Positions 37,798 to 51,500 of a stretch of 64,000 nt of DNA are shown one piece after another. The position numbers and the translations under genes are program-made. A model generated the notes under the pieces. The model searched no databases. It was given only the letters and a program-made list of their open reading frames with translations, and was not told the origin of the DNA. This stretch comes from Lytechinus pictus (lineage: Eukaryota): NCBI RefSeq assembly GCF_037042905.1, contig NC_087252.1, positions 17,608,001-17,672,000 of the forward strand, read 5' to 3'. Numbering within the stretch: position 1 is the first letter of the stretch; each line of letters opens with the position of its first letter.

Positions 37798-38563
37798 ACG
37801 ACATCTTGATCCACACCCCTACATGGGAAGAGCATCTTGTTATTCTACAAGAATTGCTGAGAAGACTGCGAGCAGCAGGACTGACTGCTCGGCCCAGTAA
37901 ATGTCAACTGGGTTGTCAACAAGTAGAGTTTAATGTAATTTAATATTTTACTAGCTAAAGTGAGCTAGTGTTTTTTTTTTTATCTTGATCTAAAGTTTTG
38001 TGTTTAAAAAAAAAAAAGATTGTCTAATACCATGAAAAGATATTAAGTAGGTAAAGAGAGATTTTATGTGTCTTGTTAGGAATAGAAATATCCGCATAAT
38101 AAATCAAGCGTAATTAACTTACTCGATAATTTCTCTTTATAAAAAAAAAATGAAAACAAATTTGTTACCAATACCATTAACATAAATTTAGTAGGTATTG
38201 AAGTGTAATGTTCAGTTATAGTAAGCAAGTATGCATAATATACATAATATATACACATACATGTCTAATAAATACAAGTTTCTTTAACACTGTGACAAGT
38301 ATTAACTATAATTACTAAGACATCTGTATACATGTTTTAAATAGGAATAGATATATATATATACACACATATGCATTGTTGATGATTTTCTTTGAAGAAG
38401 AAGAAAAAATAAAAAAAAACCTCGATCCCAGAAAAGGAGTCGTGTTTAATTTGATTACTGACGATATTGAAACAAAGACAGGCAGTTAATGTTATAGTTG
38501 AAATAAACTCTTATATTTTGGTTTTTGCAAAATGTGATACATTTTTTTCAAATAGGGGGTAAT

Positions 38564-40059
38564 TGTCAGAAGCTTATTCAAACTCCCCTTTACTAGCCAG
38601 TGGAAAGGCCTACTTGGTTGAGTAACTCCTTAATTTGTTTATGAATAGACCAAACCTGACTGCTAGAGTAGGCAACCCCTCACTGTGTTTGATAGCTATT
38701 GTGTGTGTGCACTGCATAGGGCAATGCAAGCAACTGCTCAGCAGACTGCAGATAAGCAAGCATAGGGTGCAGCAGCACCTTTCAGCAGCTCATTGGCTGG
38801 GAAAGCCAGCACTTTGGTGCCACGCCTTTGATATTTGGAGTGGCATGTAAGCCAGCAGTGGTTGGTTCACTGGTTGGAATTCAAGGTCCAGACTGTAAGT
38901 TGATGTTTTATTTTACCATATAATTATGGAAGGCTTTGATAACATTTAGAAACTGTTATGTTAATTTGTATTACAATTGAACATGACGAAGGATAATTAT
39001 GCTATTTAAAGACTAAGATATAAGACATCGGATATTATATTTATGTCATACACTTTATGATACATTTTATGCCTTACACACGTCATGAAATGATTGTTTT
39101 AGGAAGTGACTTAACTGTCCAATATTTTTAACTTGAAAGCTATTTTGTCATTTATCAAGACAATTAGTCTATTTACTACAAATGTTAAACACTTGTCAAC
39201 TAAGGAGAGTGGAAATTTTTATATGACGCTTTGTTGGGATTAATGTTTCACTTGTTCAGAGTTAGGACACTGCTATTAGGTACTCGGAAGCAAGTATAGA
39301 AAGTTCAGTGACCTGCTTGAATGTACTCTGCCTTTACTTTATTATAAGCCATTTGAATAACAGAAATGATATGGACTGTAGGCTGTTAATCCTTGCGTAT
39401 TCTCTTCCAGACGGCCGTTTTTCTCCATGGTTTATCCACGTCTTTTGACGTTCCGTGTCTCCATGTATCGCCAAAGTTCTCCTCGTTTAGCTACGTCCTA
39501 CGTCTTGTGACGTTCACGGCCTATTCGACGTCTTACGACGTTCTACGATTGCTACGTTATCCACGGGAAAGTCCCGAGATCTACGTTATCCGGTTTCTTC
39601 TAGTTTGGCAAGTTCATCGCATTCGCGAGTTCATCCTCATATCGTCTTCCGTTCGGCACTGCTCATCCATTTGCGTCTGACACCGGGTGATGAGTGAAGA
39701 CTTGAGAAACTGAACTTTCCCCATAATATAAAGTCGGTATATGTATAGTATATACATTGTTTTCATAAACACACACAGAGTTTATGCTCTTTCCTTTGAA
39801 TAGGAATAGCAGGTCACAATACTTAGTTTATTTACATTATACTAATTTGAATTGAGACAGATTGTTCCAAAACTTATTGATACTGGTTTATTGAACTTTA
39901 TGTTTTGACAGCTTGTGAGCCTCGATAATGGCAATATTGATATATATAATAAATTCATTTTGATTGAAAGGTACAATTTTATCTTATAGTTTAATTCTTG
40001 GGTGGTCAAACAACCTGTTTAGACTAATAAGTCAAGTTCACATCAAACACAATGTGACA
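38564..40059 (+). repeat. LTR3
   Basis: 1496 bp, followed by TSD ACCTC. Confidence 0.95.
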
Positions 40060-40279
40060 ACCTCCCTGGCATCTATTTTGGTCCACACCAGAGAGGTGTT
40101 GAAACAAATCCGGATTGGCGTTTGGTTAACACCAATTTGGCATTTAAGCAACAGCAATTAGTGTTAAACCAATATAGGTTTGATTCTTAACTGGTCACAT
40201 TGTTTCAACGCTTCTCTGCTTTGGACCAATATAGGTACCGGGCCGGTGTTAAATCAATACCGGTGTTTTTGCAGTGTAA

Positions 40280-40830
40280 TAATAATAAGTATATAGATAA
40301 TAGTGGTAGTATCGATGGTCGTGGTGATGACGATAGCAATGATGGTGACAGAGGTGATGATGGAGAATAAGCTGATAGTGAAAATGTTGGTGATGTTGAT
40401 GGTAATAGTGGTATAATTGTAGATGATAGTGAAATAGTTATAATGTTGATGATGGTAAAGATGGTGATGGAGATGATAGAAAAGATGCTGGCAATGTTGA
40501 TGATGGTAATGATGGCGATTAAAGTAATAGGGAAGATGTTGGTGATGGAGATGATAGAAATAATGGTGATGTAAATGATAGTGAAGATGTTGATGACGGT
40601 AATGGTGATAATGTAGATGATAATGAAATGGTTCTGATGTTGATGATGGTAATGATGGTGATGGAGATAATAGAAAAGATGGTGGCAATGTCGATGATGG
40701 TAATGATGATGATGAAGATGAAAGTGACGATGGTGGTTGTGTTGGTGATGGTAATGGTGATGATGGAGATGATAGTTAAAATCATGGTGATATTGATGAT
40801 GGTATCATTGTGATGGAGCTGATCGAGAAT
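40280..40830. repeat. (ATG/GAT)n degenerate tract
   Basis: Expanded paralog of 1612-1995. Confidence 0.9.
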
Positions 40831-43409
40831 ATGGTGATGTGATATTGAAAATATTACTGGTAATGTTTCCCGTTCTGTGGGGGGGGGGGCTGAAATAGTG
40901 CGAGCCGATGTTAGGTGGTGTATATACCTGGCATAATGTGTCCGGCAAGAAATGAGGAACGGGATGAGAGGAGGAGGAGGGATAGGGGACAGAGATGGGA
41001 CGTTCAAAATTATGCATGGGATGTAAATTTTATTCAGCTATACAAGGAGCTGGGACATTTTTTGTTCATGTTTTGGCAGGAGGCCAGGTCAGATGGCCTA
41101 CTGTTATGTTAAAAATGTTGTGAACATTAAACATAGCTTCCGTTCTGGTAAGCGAAGGCAGGAAGGAAGCCAACCAAAAAGTTTCCTCTCAATGACAGTT
41201 ACAAATCATGGATTTTCTTTCTACCGTTCTGAGTAGTTACATTTTTGTATAAGTCAATGTTAAAGGGTTATCCAGGCTGAGAGTAAGGTAATTTGAATAG
41301 CCAGATTAATTCCAAAAAAGAGCAAAAAAATCTAACAAGTATTAAATCAGGTAACGAAAGACGAAGATAATAATGGCATTACAAAAATTACATTAATCTG
41401 GTGAAATAATTACGATTTAAAATAATGACATAAAAGGGTAAGTTTGGATGTGAGATCATCAGCCCAGTTGCATATCCATGAACTCACGCGTAAAATTGTT
41501 TAACGAAAAATATGGAAGTGTATATTAAAAGTTACGTGTAAGTTTGTTTACTTTTACCGGAAAGTTAATGACAATTAAATATTTTGCTTGTGTAATCCTT
41601 GATTATCAGCCTTTCATACCCCTTCAAATTTGGCGTCAGTTCGTTTTGGGAAGAGCGGAAGAGGACAAGAACTTTATCAATGATTTGTCTTAAAATTAAT
41701 ACGTAAGTACATACAAACACCCCACCCATTTCTCTCCCACCGCTGATTTCGAAGGAAGGTTAAAAAGGGAGCTTTAAAACAACAATTTTTCTTGGAGATG
41801 TTTAAATGACAATTTCTAATCAAAAGTCAGTATTATTAGATTGTTGTTTGTGACATTTTAGAATTCACTCTCTCTCCTGATTAATAACCATATATCAATT
41901 TTCTTTAAAAATGCAGTGAAAACGCCAGTAAAATATGTGTATACCCTCAGCATGACATTGTGCATGTATCGTCAATTTCTAAAATACAGGACCGATGTTA
42001 ATACAATACAAAACTTGTTCGGGGCAGGACAACTAAATTCTCTGAAATCAATATTGGCATTGCACATGCATCATTCAACGGTGATGCAGATTTCTGAATG
42101 ATTTTATTAGGAGGCAAAGTAACATGCTAAGCTAGTGAGCCTGCTGAATATTTCTTAAGTGGGAATGTTAGAAGCCATGAGAGACGTATTTCAAATTTTA
42201 TGATTTCACTCCTCCAATCTCACTTAAAAAATCTAAAAAAGTTCCCTCCTAATAACCATCTCTCTTTCTAGTTTCTTCAACGAAAACTAACCACTAGAAA
42301 AAGGTTTTCTTATGGATCAAATCAAGGAACTTTGCACTATTTCTGCCGATGAAAATGTACCTCTTTGAACTGTTAGCAAGGAGTTACCAGGAACTCTTTT
42401 GTCTAAGCAGTGAAGTGCATTGCAGATACTTTTGGACACTGAGTCGAAATATTCAACTTGAAATAATTATTTTTGTCATTTCTGATGATGTCGAGAACAA
42501 GGACCAAAGCTAACCGGATGGACTTGTCATCGTACATACAAGAATACTAAGAAGCTTTCGCAACTGGAATGGGGACGGATTTAGAACACAGCGAAATCAA
42601 TGACAATTTCCGTCAAATTGCGAAGTATGATTGGAAGGTCATTGTACAGGTGACTGCTGTTGATCTCCGCCACATATTAGAGGAAGAAAAAGAAGAAGAA
42701 GAAGAACTTAAAGAAAAAGAAGCAGTGATTGAAATTTTAAAAAAGATGCAAACTAAGTTGTTTGTCAAGAATCCAGGACGAAACTTTTTTGTTTCATTCA
42801 ACAATTTCGACCGAGACTTGATTGTCATTAATGGTGTTTCACAATACATTATTTATGTTCTTGAATTCGTCGTGCGTCGTAGAATCGAAACTCCCTACTG
42901 TAGCCCTTCAACTACCGATAGGCTTACTTCCAAATCAACTACTATCAGGGCGTAGAATTTTGAAGTGAATTGTATACATTTTCCAATAACAATATATATA
43001 AAATAATACAATTGAAATTGATGAATGATATTAGGATGATAGCCCTACTCAGCGGCATTAATCACGGTGATGCTGGTGTACAGAGGGGGACTCTGGAATA
43101 AACCCAAAACCGTTCTTTGTCTTCCACCAAGGTGACCGAAAACAAACTTACAAAAATACTACATGACTTGCACTGCGCTGCTAGTAAACGAATCCAAATA
43201 AAAAGAAAGTGCGTGAGGAATTAGGCTCTGATTGCGGCTACACAGTGCTCGTTCAGGAAGCATTATATATATCAAGTCAGCACTAATAGTAGAACCTGTA
43301 GCCCACTTGTAGGAAACATTTCGTAGAGAGAGTTTGAATCTCGTCAGTTTGACGCAGACAAATCCAAGATAAGATCCCAACGTCGGAAGTTTAAATAGAG
43401 AATTCAGTG

Positions 43410-43870
43410 CAGATATTGACGACGCTTGTCAATACACAAGCCGAACCTGCTTTTTCTTCTGCGTCTGTGAGATCCCGAACGAAAAACTAACGACGAAAGA
43501 GTCATAGATTCGAATTGGCGCTGTTTCTAACATTTATTTCATTATACGTAGGCTAAGCTCCAAATGTTGCAGTGGTGAGACGACTGGACAATGTCCTCCG
43601 GCTCGTGCAGGAGGACACAAATAAAATAATTGGTAAGTTCGCAAACTATCACACTAAAAATGAAGCGTACCAAGCCTGGGGATAACATTACATTATGTTG
43701 TAATTTGTAAAAACGAGAGAAGTTCCAAAATCAAAATCCATGAATATCTGACGAAGAAAGATTTGAACCTGTTAGTACACTCAAGGAAGTAAAACGCGAT
43801 ATCATTTAAAGAATTTGTACCGAGGATGGTAAGATAATCGAGAAAAATGTCATTGATGAACTTGATACCA
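43410..43870 (+). pseudogene. Degenerate LINE ORF1 remnant (paralog of 4790-5240)
   Basis: DIDDACQYTSRTC, KIIGKFANYHTKNEAY, KIKIHEYLTKKDLNLL, TEDGKII. Confidence 0.55.
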
Positions 43871-44215
43871 CAGCAATAAGGTTCAGACACTCACTTTGTT
43901 ATCAGAGGGTCGCATAGGCGTCACTGCTAACTTGAGCTTTAGGGCGACACAAACCTCCTCCGGGCTTCTCAACGAATATATACAGAAAGATGTTCTCATA
44001 CAAAAAAATCGGGCGTTCTGAGCAGATGTTGGGATCATTTTTGACACCTGTAATTACCACGATGATAACTATAATGTAAAGATTCTATCGCCAATATTTT
44101 GACCAACAAACAGAGTGCGCGATCAGAAACTTCCCTGTATACATTTTAATGGTTGTATAAATACACTTGACGGTAGACTGAACTACTCAACTTAAAAAAT
44201 AATATTCATTCGAAC

Positions 44216-44471
44216 CACTAGCGTACCTACGGGGGGGGGGGGGCAGGGGGGCACTCTGCCCCCTTGACGAGCCACAACCCATACAAAAGACATTACCTGC
44301 CCCCCTGACGAGCTTAAAAAACCTTTTTTGCCCCCCCCCCCCTGACGAGCTTGAAGGCCTTTACTGCATGCCCCCCCCCCCATGAACGTTAAGACCTTTT
44401 TTTTTTTCTTTCAATTTTTTGGCGGCAGATTTTGCCCCCCCCCCCTGTGGAAAATCCTAGGTACGCCACTG
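44216..44471. mobile_element. hAT-type MITE
   Basis: 8-bp TSD ATTCGAAC (44208, 44472); ends CACTAGCGTACCTA / TAGGTACGCCACTG; absent from paralogs. Confidence 0.9.
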
Positions 44472-44489
44472 ATTCGAACTTCATAGAAT

Positions 44490-44950
44490 TTTTTTTTATT
44501 TATTTATTTATTTATTTGGTATAACCCCATCAGTAGTCAAATACTGTTGTACTTGGGGGCCCTGTATAACATGGAACAAAACAAAATACAAGCATATATA
44601 CAATACAAATGAAAAATACAAATCCTGAACATATGCAGATGGAAATTTTAAGTATAAATCTAATAACAAAAATTTATGTGTGAAATTGAGAACAATAATT
44701 TAACCCAGTGCTACAATGAAGTAGAAAGTAATAGGGGAAAGAAATATAGAAGGTAAGGATGAGTTGAGGTTAAAAAAAAAAAGAACACAGCAGAGAGCTA
44801 AAGCGGGAGAAGAAGACACATCACCATTTACACTATAATGCAATAATAGTATAGTCTGAAAATATAATTCTTGCTTATATATTAAAATGGGTGTATCTAT
44901 ACCTCCAGTATGACGATGTGAAGGAAGATTTCGACGTGGAGTTTTTAACT
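44490..44950 (-). mobile_element. 5'-truncated non-LTR retroelement 3' end with (AAAT)n tail
   Basis: (TTTA)n on plus at 44490-44517; imperfect TSD aacttcatagaat / aacttcattaagaat; absent from paralogs. Confidence 0.65.
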
Positions 44951-47947
44951 TCATTAAGAATAGGCTTAATAGTCTGATGCATCATTGTATTTGAATGATG
45001 CTGAAAGTTTTGAATACATTACCAAACTATTCATAAATCATGTAAAGAAGTGGGTGGAGCTTGGATGTGTTTAAAATCTAGTTATGTAGACATAATAACG
45101 AAAGATATTATAGTATTTATGACTTACATTTTTCTATCGACCCTTTAGAAATGTTTTTCGAAGTCTTGTACATATACTTTGTATGTGATTTATAGGCAGT
45201 CAAAGAGACATATTCTGTACGAAGTCTAAATGAAATTTTTATTTTTATTTTTTTTCATGAACTTAATTATTGTTTTTCTACCTTTGGACTATAATTTGGA
45301 CCTGTAGTCTGAAATTAAATCGTGCATTTACCATCTCGATTTTTAGTTGCCTTTCTTAGTTTTTCTCTCCACCCAATTGTTTGTGTTTGTTCGGGTGGTT
45401 GTTTGTTTTTAGATCATGTACCCGTCAATCATACACAAACTGAACAGTCGTTTGCAGAATATAAGCACTTTCTACACGACACAAATATTGTTAAAATTTA
45501 CTCGTTTACCGTACACAGGTAGCTGGTAGGACAAAAGAAAAGTACGATAACTTCATTGCATAATTCATTGCGTTATATGATAAATATATTACAACTTAAA
45601 ATGATGTTCAATGAAAATTGACTCATTATAAGTTGAAAACACTAAAAAATAAATCAACCCAATGATGATAACCAACGGAACTTCACGCGAGAAAATGTTG
45701 CAACATCCGTTATAAGGTGGGGATTCCCAAATATTAGTACACAGCTCCTCGTCATAATATTTAAGGTTACCAAAAATTTTCTGTAGAATCTGATTTTTTG
45801 TGCTATTTCCCCTATTTTGAGGGTGCTGAACATGAATCTGCTTGTTGCCAAATTTATAAATGCCGTCTTCGACCGTTGCCATGGCAACGGATTAATTTCT
45901 AAAAAAATTGCATGTATTCCCCTGTAAATGGTGGATAAACATGATATAAATTAGCCAATAGATTGAATTAAAGGTTCCAATTAAATACAAATGAAATTCA
46001 AAATATTTAAGATCATCAAAATGGTTTCAATTGGCCCGTTGCCATGGTAACGGCTCATTTTTCCTCCAGAAAAGTAAAAATTTTGATTTAAAGTTGTAGA
46101 ATCTGTGTTTTGTTTCATTTTCCCTGTGTTTAGGGTGTTAAACATAGAAGTGATTTTTGCTAAATGTATAAATACACTCTCATTCCATTGCCATGGCAAC
46201 CAAATAATACCTAATTTGGTAAAAAAAGAAATAACATGGTAAAAAAAGACAATGTCGAGAAATACAATAAAAGCGACCTAATCTACATGCGTTGGGTTTT
46301 TACCACTTATTTAGTGGTAAAAACTACAGTAAGTGTTATGCATGAGTTTATTGGAATGATAGGAATTGATGTTGCCTTGACAATGCTTGAATTTAAAGAT
46401 AAATATCAATATTGCAAATTGGCCGTTGCCATGGTAACAGCTTATTTTTTCTCAGAAAAGTATACATTTGATAAAAAATATTGTAGAATCTGAATTTTCT
46501 TTCATTTCCCCTAATTATATGATGCTAGATCTATATGTGCTTGTTGCTAAATGTATAATTACCATCTTAGGCCATTGCCATGGCAACCAAATAACATGGG
46601 AGGAGATAATGGTGGAAAATACCATGAAAATCACAATCTACATGCGTAAGGTTTGAACCATTAAATATTGAACAAAAAATACAGTAAGTGGTCTGCATGA
46701 GTTCATTAGAAAGAAAAGAATTGATGTGGCCTTGGTAACACTTGCATTTGATATAAATATGAATGTTGCAAACCTCCCATTGCCATGGTAACATCTTATT
46801 TTTCTCAGAAAATTACAAAGTTGAAAAAATCTTCAAATTTTCCTTTCATTTCCCCTAGTTTTAAGGTGCTCAACATACATATGCTTGTTAATATAAAAAT
46901 ACTCTCTCGGGCCATTTTCAATTTAGAATTAAATCCAATCCACATAACATGTACTCAAATAAATTATCCAATTACACTCATTTTAATGCTGGACAAGTTT
47001 TGAAGAAAAATGGTACTTATTCTGCATGAAATCCAGTATTGTAACTCCAAAATGACCGCAGATAGTCATTTTGAGTATAGTGATTTTGGGTGATTTGTGC
47101 TTTTTAAAAGTGTTAAATATAATAAAAGGGGGGGGGGTGCATACACTTGAATGAAAATTTTTAATCTGTCAGGAGGTGACGTGGTCTTGACCTCCTAATC
47201 TGAGATTATTGCCATAACCAAATTGGCAGGTGGTGTCCATTTTGAAAAAGTAAACTTATAAATATTTTCATAATTTTGGAAATATATGGATCTATATTAT
47301 GATATTTCAACAAAACATTGGGTAATCATTAAATATAATTAATCATATTGCACAAGTTTCAAGTCATATGATCAAGGTCAGGTATTTTACGATCACCAAA
47401 ATTTGACCATGTTGTATTATCATCATTGAATCTCATCAAGTTTCTGAAAAGGCAAACCTTTGAGAGTGCGTATATAAATCTATTTCAAGAAAGTTGGACA
47501 TAAAGGTATTCAACTATCACATCATTGTGCATGAGTTTCAGGTTAAAGTTATGGTCAATGAACTTTGACTGTACTGTGGTATCAACATCAAAAAAATTAC
47601 TTAGGTTTATTATTTTCAAGATAATTAGATATCATGTCACTAGGTGAAGGTCAAGGGTCTTCTGAGGTTAAAAAAACCCTTAGGATTCTATTATTAAATG
47701 AATGGGTTTTTCATGAAAGTCCCACATTGAGTCTACATTAAAAAAATTGAAAAATGTTACCTTTGTTTCCTCAAAAGGTCAATTATATCTAATAGGAGGT
47801 GGCCAGGATTATGTCAATTTGCCAAATAAACTTTGGAGTTGAATTATCTTGAACAGCTTTCTATTAAAATAAATACATACATTTTAACATGTATAGCACT
47901 TCATGTAAACATGCTCAAAGCACTTTCCATTATAATTGTGGGGGGGG

Positions 47948-48192
47948 GGGCGTCGTCTAGTGGTTAAGACTCTTTCTTTCAATCTGAGGGATATGGGTTA
48001 GATTCCCAGCCAGGGTGTGTTTTCCTTCAGTAAGAAATTTATCCATATTGTGCTGCACTCAAGCCAGGTGAGGTAAATGGGTACCTGCAGGAAGTAAGTC
48101 CTTAAAAAGCTGTGAGCACCGGATGCGGTAGTCTAGCTTAGCCGGGGTAATATAGGAGCACTATACAAATCCTATATTATTTTATTTATTAT
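47948..48192 (+). mobile_element. tRNA-derived SINE nested in the Academ-like element
   Basis: A-box-like gtctagtggttaag, B-box-like ggttagattccc, core gtaaatgggtacc, tail agccggggtaatataggagc..(TAT)n. Confidence 0.75.
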
Positions 48193-48479
48193 CATAAAAA
48201 TGAATAATTCTACTTTTCAAGTGCTTTCAATACATAAAATGGAGGTTACAAATAAAATTCATAGGTTTGTAAGCTTTAAAAAAAAAAAATTGTACAGAAG
48301 GACATGAACGGATTTTGAATATTGGGACCAGTGAAACTTATGCACTGTTAACCTAAGTTGGGGGATAGAAAAGGGTCTGTAAACAAAAACCCAACATGAA
48401 ATGTATTGTGGTGTCAGATTATTAATGGACAAGTAAACAAAGCAATTTTTTCTATAATTCTGTTTTTGACCAGTAGCAA

Positions 48480-48740
48480 GTGAATCTCTTTGAACAAAGG
48501 AAACACATGATCATACTTTCTGGCCGTTGAAATGGTACCGACTGCTCGATTCTGAATGTGCTGTAGTGACTATTATCTAGGCAGCTGAACATCAGTTCAA
48601 AGTGTCCCCAAGTGATTATAAATACGAAGTAAAAAGTAAAGGTCCCAGTACAAAACCCTGAGGAACGCCATATTGCAACCCATGACCCTTTTTTCTTAAT
48701 GGCTACCGACCGCGATTCGTTTTAAAGGCAAGGTCAGTTT
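48480..48740 (-). pseudogene. L2/CR1-like RT fragment
   Basis: Minus strand LQYGVPQGFVLGPLLF. Confidence 0.55.
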
Positions 48741-49639
48741 GTCAAAGGTAGTTCAGATTTTGATTTCTTGACTCTAAAACCCCCAAATAAATATTTTGAA
48801 CAACTCTCTATCAAAATGGAATCACCTACTAAAGTTGTCATTTTTCAAAATGACAGGCAGCTGTCAGTTTGAATTTTTCATGGCAGTAATCTCTGATTAG
48901 GCGGTCAAGTTTAGGTCAGTTAACTGTGTGGACTTAAGATTTTAATTTCCTAACCTCAAAAATCCCCATGTTGCTATTTTAAAAAGCTCATTTATACCAC
49001 TAATCAACCCAAATTCCTTTCTTTTTCAAACTGGCCACCAGCAGCCACTCTGGATATTTTAATTATACTAAAGTCAATCTCTGTTCAGGAGGTCAAGATC
49101 ACTTCAACTCATCAAATAGACTTAAGATTTTGATTTCCTTTACCCCTATAAAACTCATTCTTTATAATATTTTTATCAGCTTTATAACGAAATCCACCCA
49201 AAATTTCTTTTTAAAATGGTTTCCGGCAGCCATTTCAAAGTTTTTATACGAATTTTATGGTCAGTTTTTCTTCATACAATTAATTGTCCAGAAACACATT
49301 ATACATGAATGTGATTGGCAAATTTATTTTATCCCATTAACCAATAGCTTTAAGATATAGACATCTGTGACCCTTAAATTGGCAGCCACCTTGGAGTTTG
49401 AATTTGGGGGTAATTCAATTCAGCAAATAGATGTCACATGTCAATCTCTTGAAAACTTTACCCCTAAATCAATATTTCTGTCAGATTACTAGGCCAAATG
49501 GCCCTAAATATTATCAAAATGGTCTCTAGCTGAATTCTCCCTAATTTCACAAACCCTTAGAAAAATTGGCATACTGGCTATTTTTTTATAAAATTTATTA
49601 GAGCACAAATGGTCAAAAACAGATCTTTACACTCCACAT

Positions 49640-51500
49640 TCCTCACTTGAACCTAGGAAGTGATTCGCTAGGTCCACAGGAGAGCTTGTGCGTCACAGAC
49701 TGTAGATGGTTGGACCATAGGGTGACCCTTTGATTGTGAGCAGAGCCATCAAGGGAATCAGTCGAGTGAAGGAAGCTACATCTTGTTTTGAATCTCTTTT
49801 TGGCAGGTTCATAGTTAAAGAGTGGATGAAGAGGGTGATCTTCTTGCTTGTTTTTGTCCACCTTTGCTGACACCTATCTTCTGATGTGTGGATGGACAAT
49901 ACCACACAGTAGGTAGAGATCATCTGCTCTTGTTTTGTCGCAGCCAGTAATTGCTCTGCAAGCAGCATTCAGGTCTGCATCAATCTTTGCAGCATGTGAT
50001 GATCTAAAACGGATGGGGAATGCATACTCCGCAGTCTAGTAGCATAGAGCAAGAGCTGTTGCACGGATGGTTATGGCATCTGTTCCCCGTTTTTTATGTT
50101 GGCAAGCTTCTTCAGGATGCTGTTCCTTGCTCCAACTTTAGCCTTTGTCTTGGAAACATGGTCTTTGTAGGTAAGGGAACTGTCTAGGGTGGCGTCAAGG
50201 TAGATTGGCTTACTGGTGTGTTCCAACCATTTTCTATACCATCTGAACCTCAGTTACTGGTCTGCATCTCTGTTCTTTAGGTGAAAAGCACTGAGTTGGG
50301 TTTTTTCTGGATTTGCTCAGAGATGATTTGCAGCGTAGTAAGAAGTCAGGCCTACCAGAGCATTGCTGAGTGCTTTTTCATCTCTTCAAAGGACTGTTTC
50401 TGTGAAGCAATGCAAATGTCATCAGCGTACAGGTAGCTCTCATTATTTGGTGGATTGGTTGGTCATTTGTGTAGATGCTAAAGAGTGGGACGATGATGCT
50501 TTCTTGTGGGAGACCTTTGTGTGTCAGCCATCTGCTACGGGAACCACTGAGATTCACAAAAACTGCTGATTTGAGAGCATGCTCTGAATCATCTGTGTCA
50601 GCTTAAGCCTTCCTTTGTCATCTCAAAGACTTTCCTTGTGAGTATTCGATGATTGTGTCATAAGCTGCAATGAGGTCAACAAAGGCTGCTCCGGTTATCA
50701 ACCCTTTCTCGAAGCCACCATCTTCAATGTACTGTGCCAGATTCAGCAGTTGACTAGTACAGGACTTTCCTGGCCTAAATCCTGCCTGTTCTGGAATGAG
50801 GAGCTCATCCACCAAGGGAGCAATGTGGTTGAGTAGGAGCTTTTCAAAGATCTTGTATGCGTGACAAAGCAGAGATACTGTATGGGCAGGTAGCTCTTTG
50901 CGTTGGCTGTTTTTTTGCCTGGCTTGAGTAAGGCAACTACCCTTGATTTCCTCCGTAAGTTTGGCATTGTGCTTTCACTCAGACAGTAGTTTAGCATGTC
51001 AAGCAGCCGTTGGAGTGCAACAGGTCCAAGATGTTTCATCTGCTCACAGATCGAGGACATCATCCAATCCAACTGCCTTGCTGATCTTCATTGCATTGAT
51101 AGCATTGCACAAGTCGTTCATGCTGAAAGGTCTTGTGAACTCAGATGACTCTTGGCAGGCTGTCCGCACACTTTTAGGTTGGATCTTCGCTGGTGATTAT
51201 GAGGGTTACCTTGGCTGTTCACTAGAAGCTGGTTGGCCACTTGGCCGGCGGTAACTTGGGACCTAGATTGGGACTTTGTAGAGTCATTCCCAAGGATCCG
51301 AATCTGGTGTTCCTGCCGGCCCTGGGTATAGCTTGTACGGCATTCTTGTGGAATATTCTTCCTTCATGATTTCTTCAGCAGCTCTAAAAATGTGTCGTAA
51401 TGAGTAGGGAGTGCAGGGAGGTTCTGAAGATATGTATCCAGATCTATGGCAAACTGCTCACAGTTTACTTTCTTCAGGTTGAAAGTCTGCAGAAGGGAAC
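49640..51500 (-). mobile_element. Degenerate Vingi/Ingi-like non-LTR retrotransposon
   Basis: RKSRVVALLKPGK, LIPEQAGFRPGKSCTSQLLNL, TGAAFVDLIAAYDT, and C-terminal HPLHPLF..KRFKTRCSFL; frameshifted. Confidence 0.75.

Larger units (their letters stand above)
25718..40059 (+). mobile_element. Tandem Gmr1-type Ty3/Gypsy LTR retrotransposon array (LTR-int-LTR-int-LTR)
   Basis: Three 1496-bp LTRs; 5-bp TSD ACCTC at 25713-25717 and 40060-40064; empty site in the paralog near 1405; domain order Gag-PR-IN-RT. Confidence 0.95.

Noticed and set aside
46236-46493. 85-aa ORF mirrored at 51687-51935
   Set aside because: By-product of the long TIRs; no recognisable motifs.
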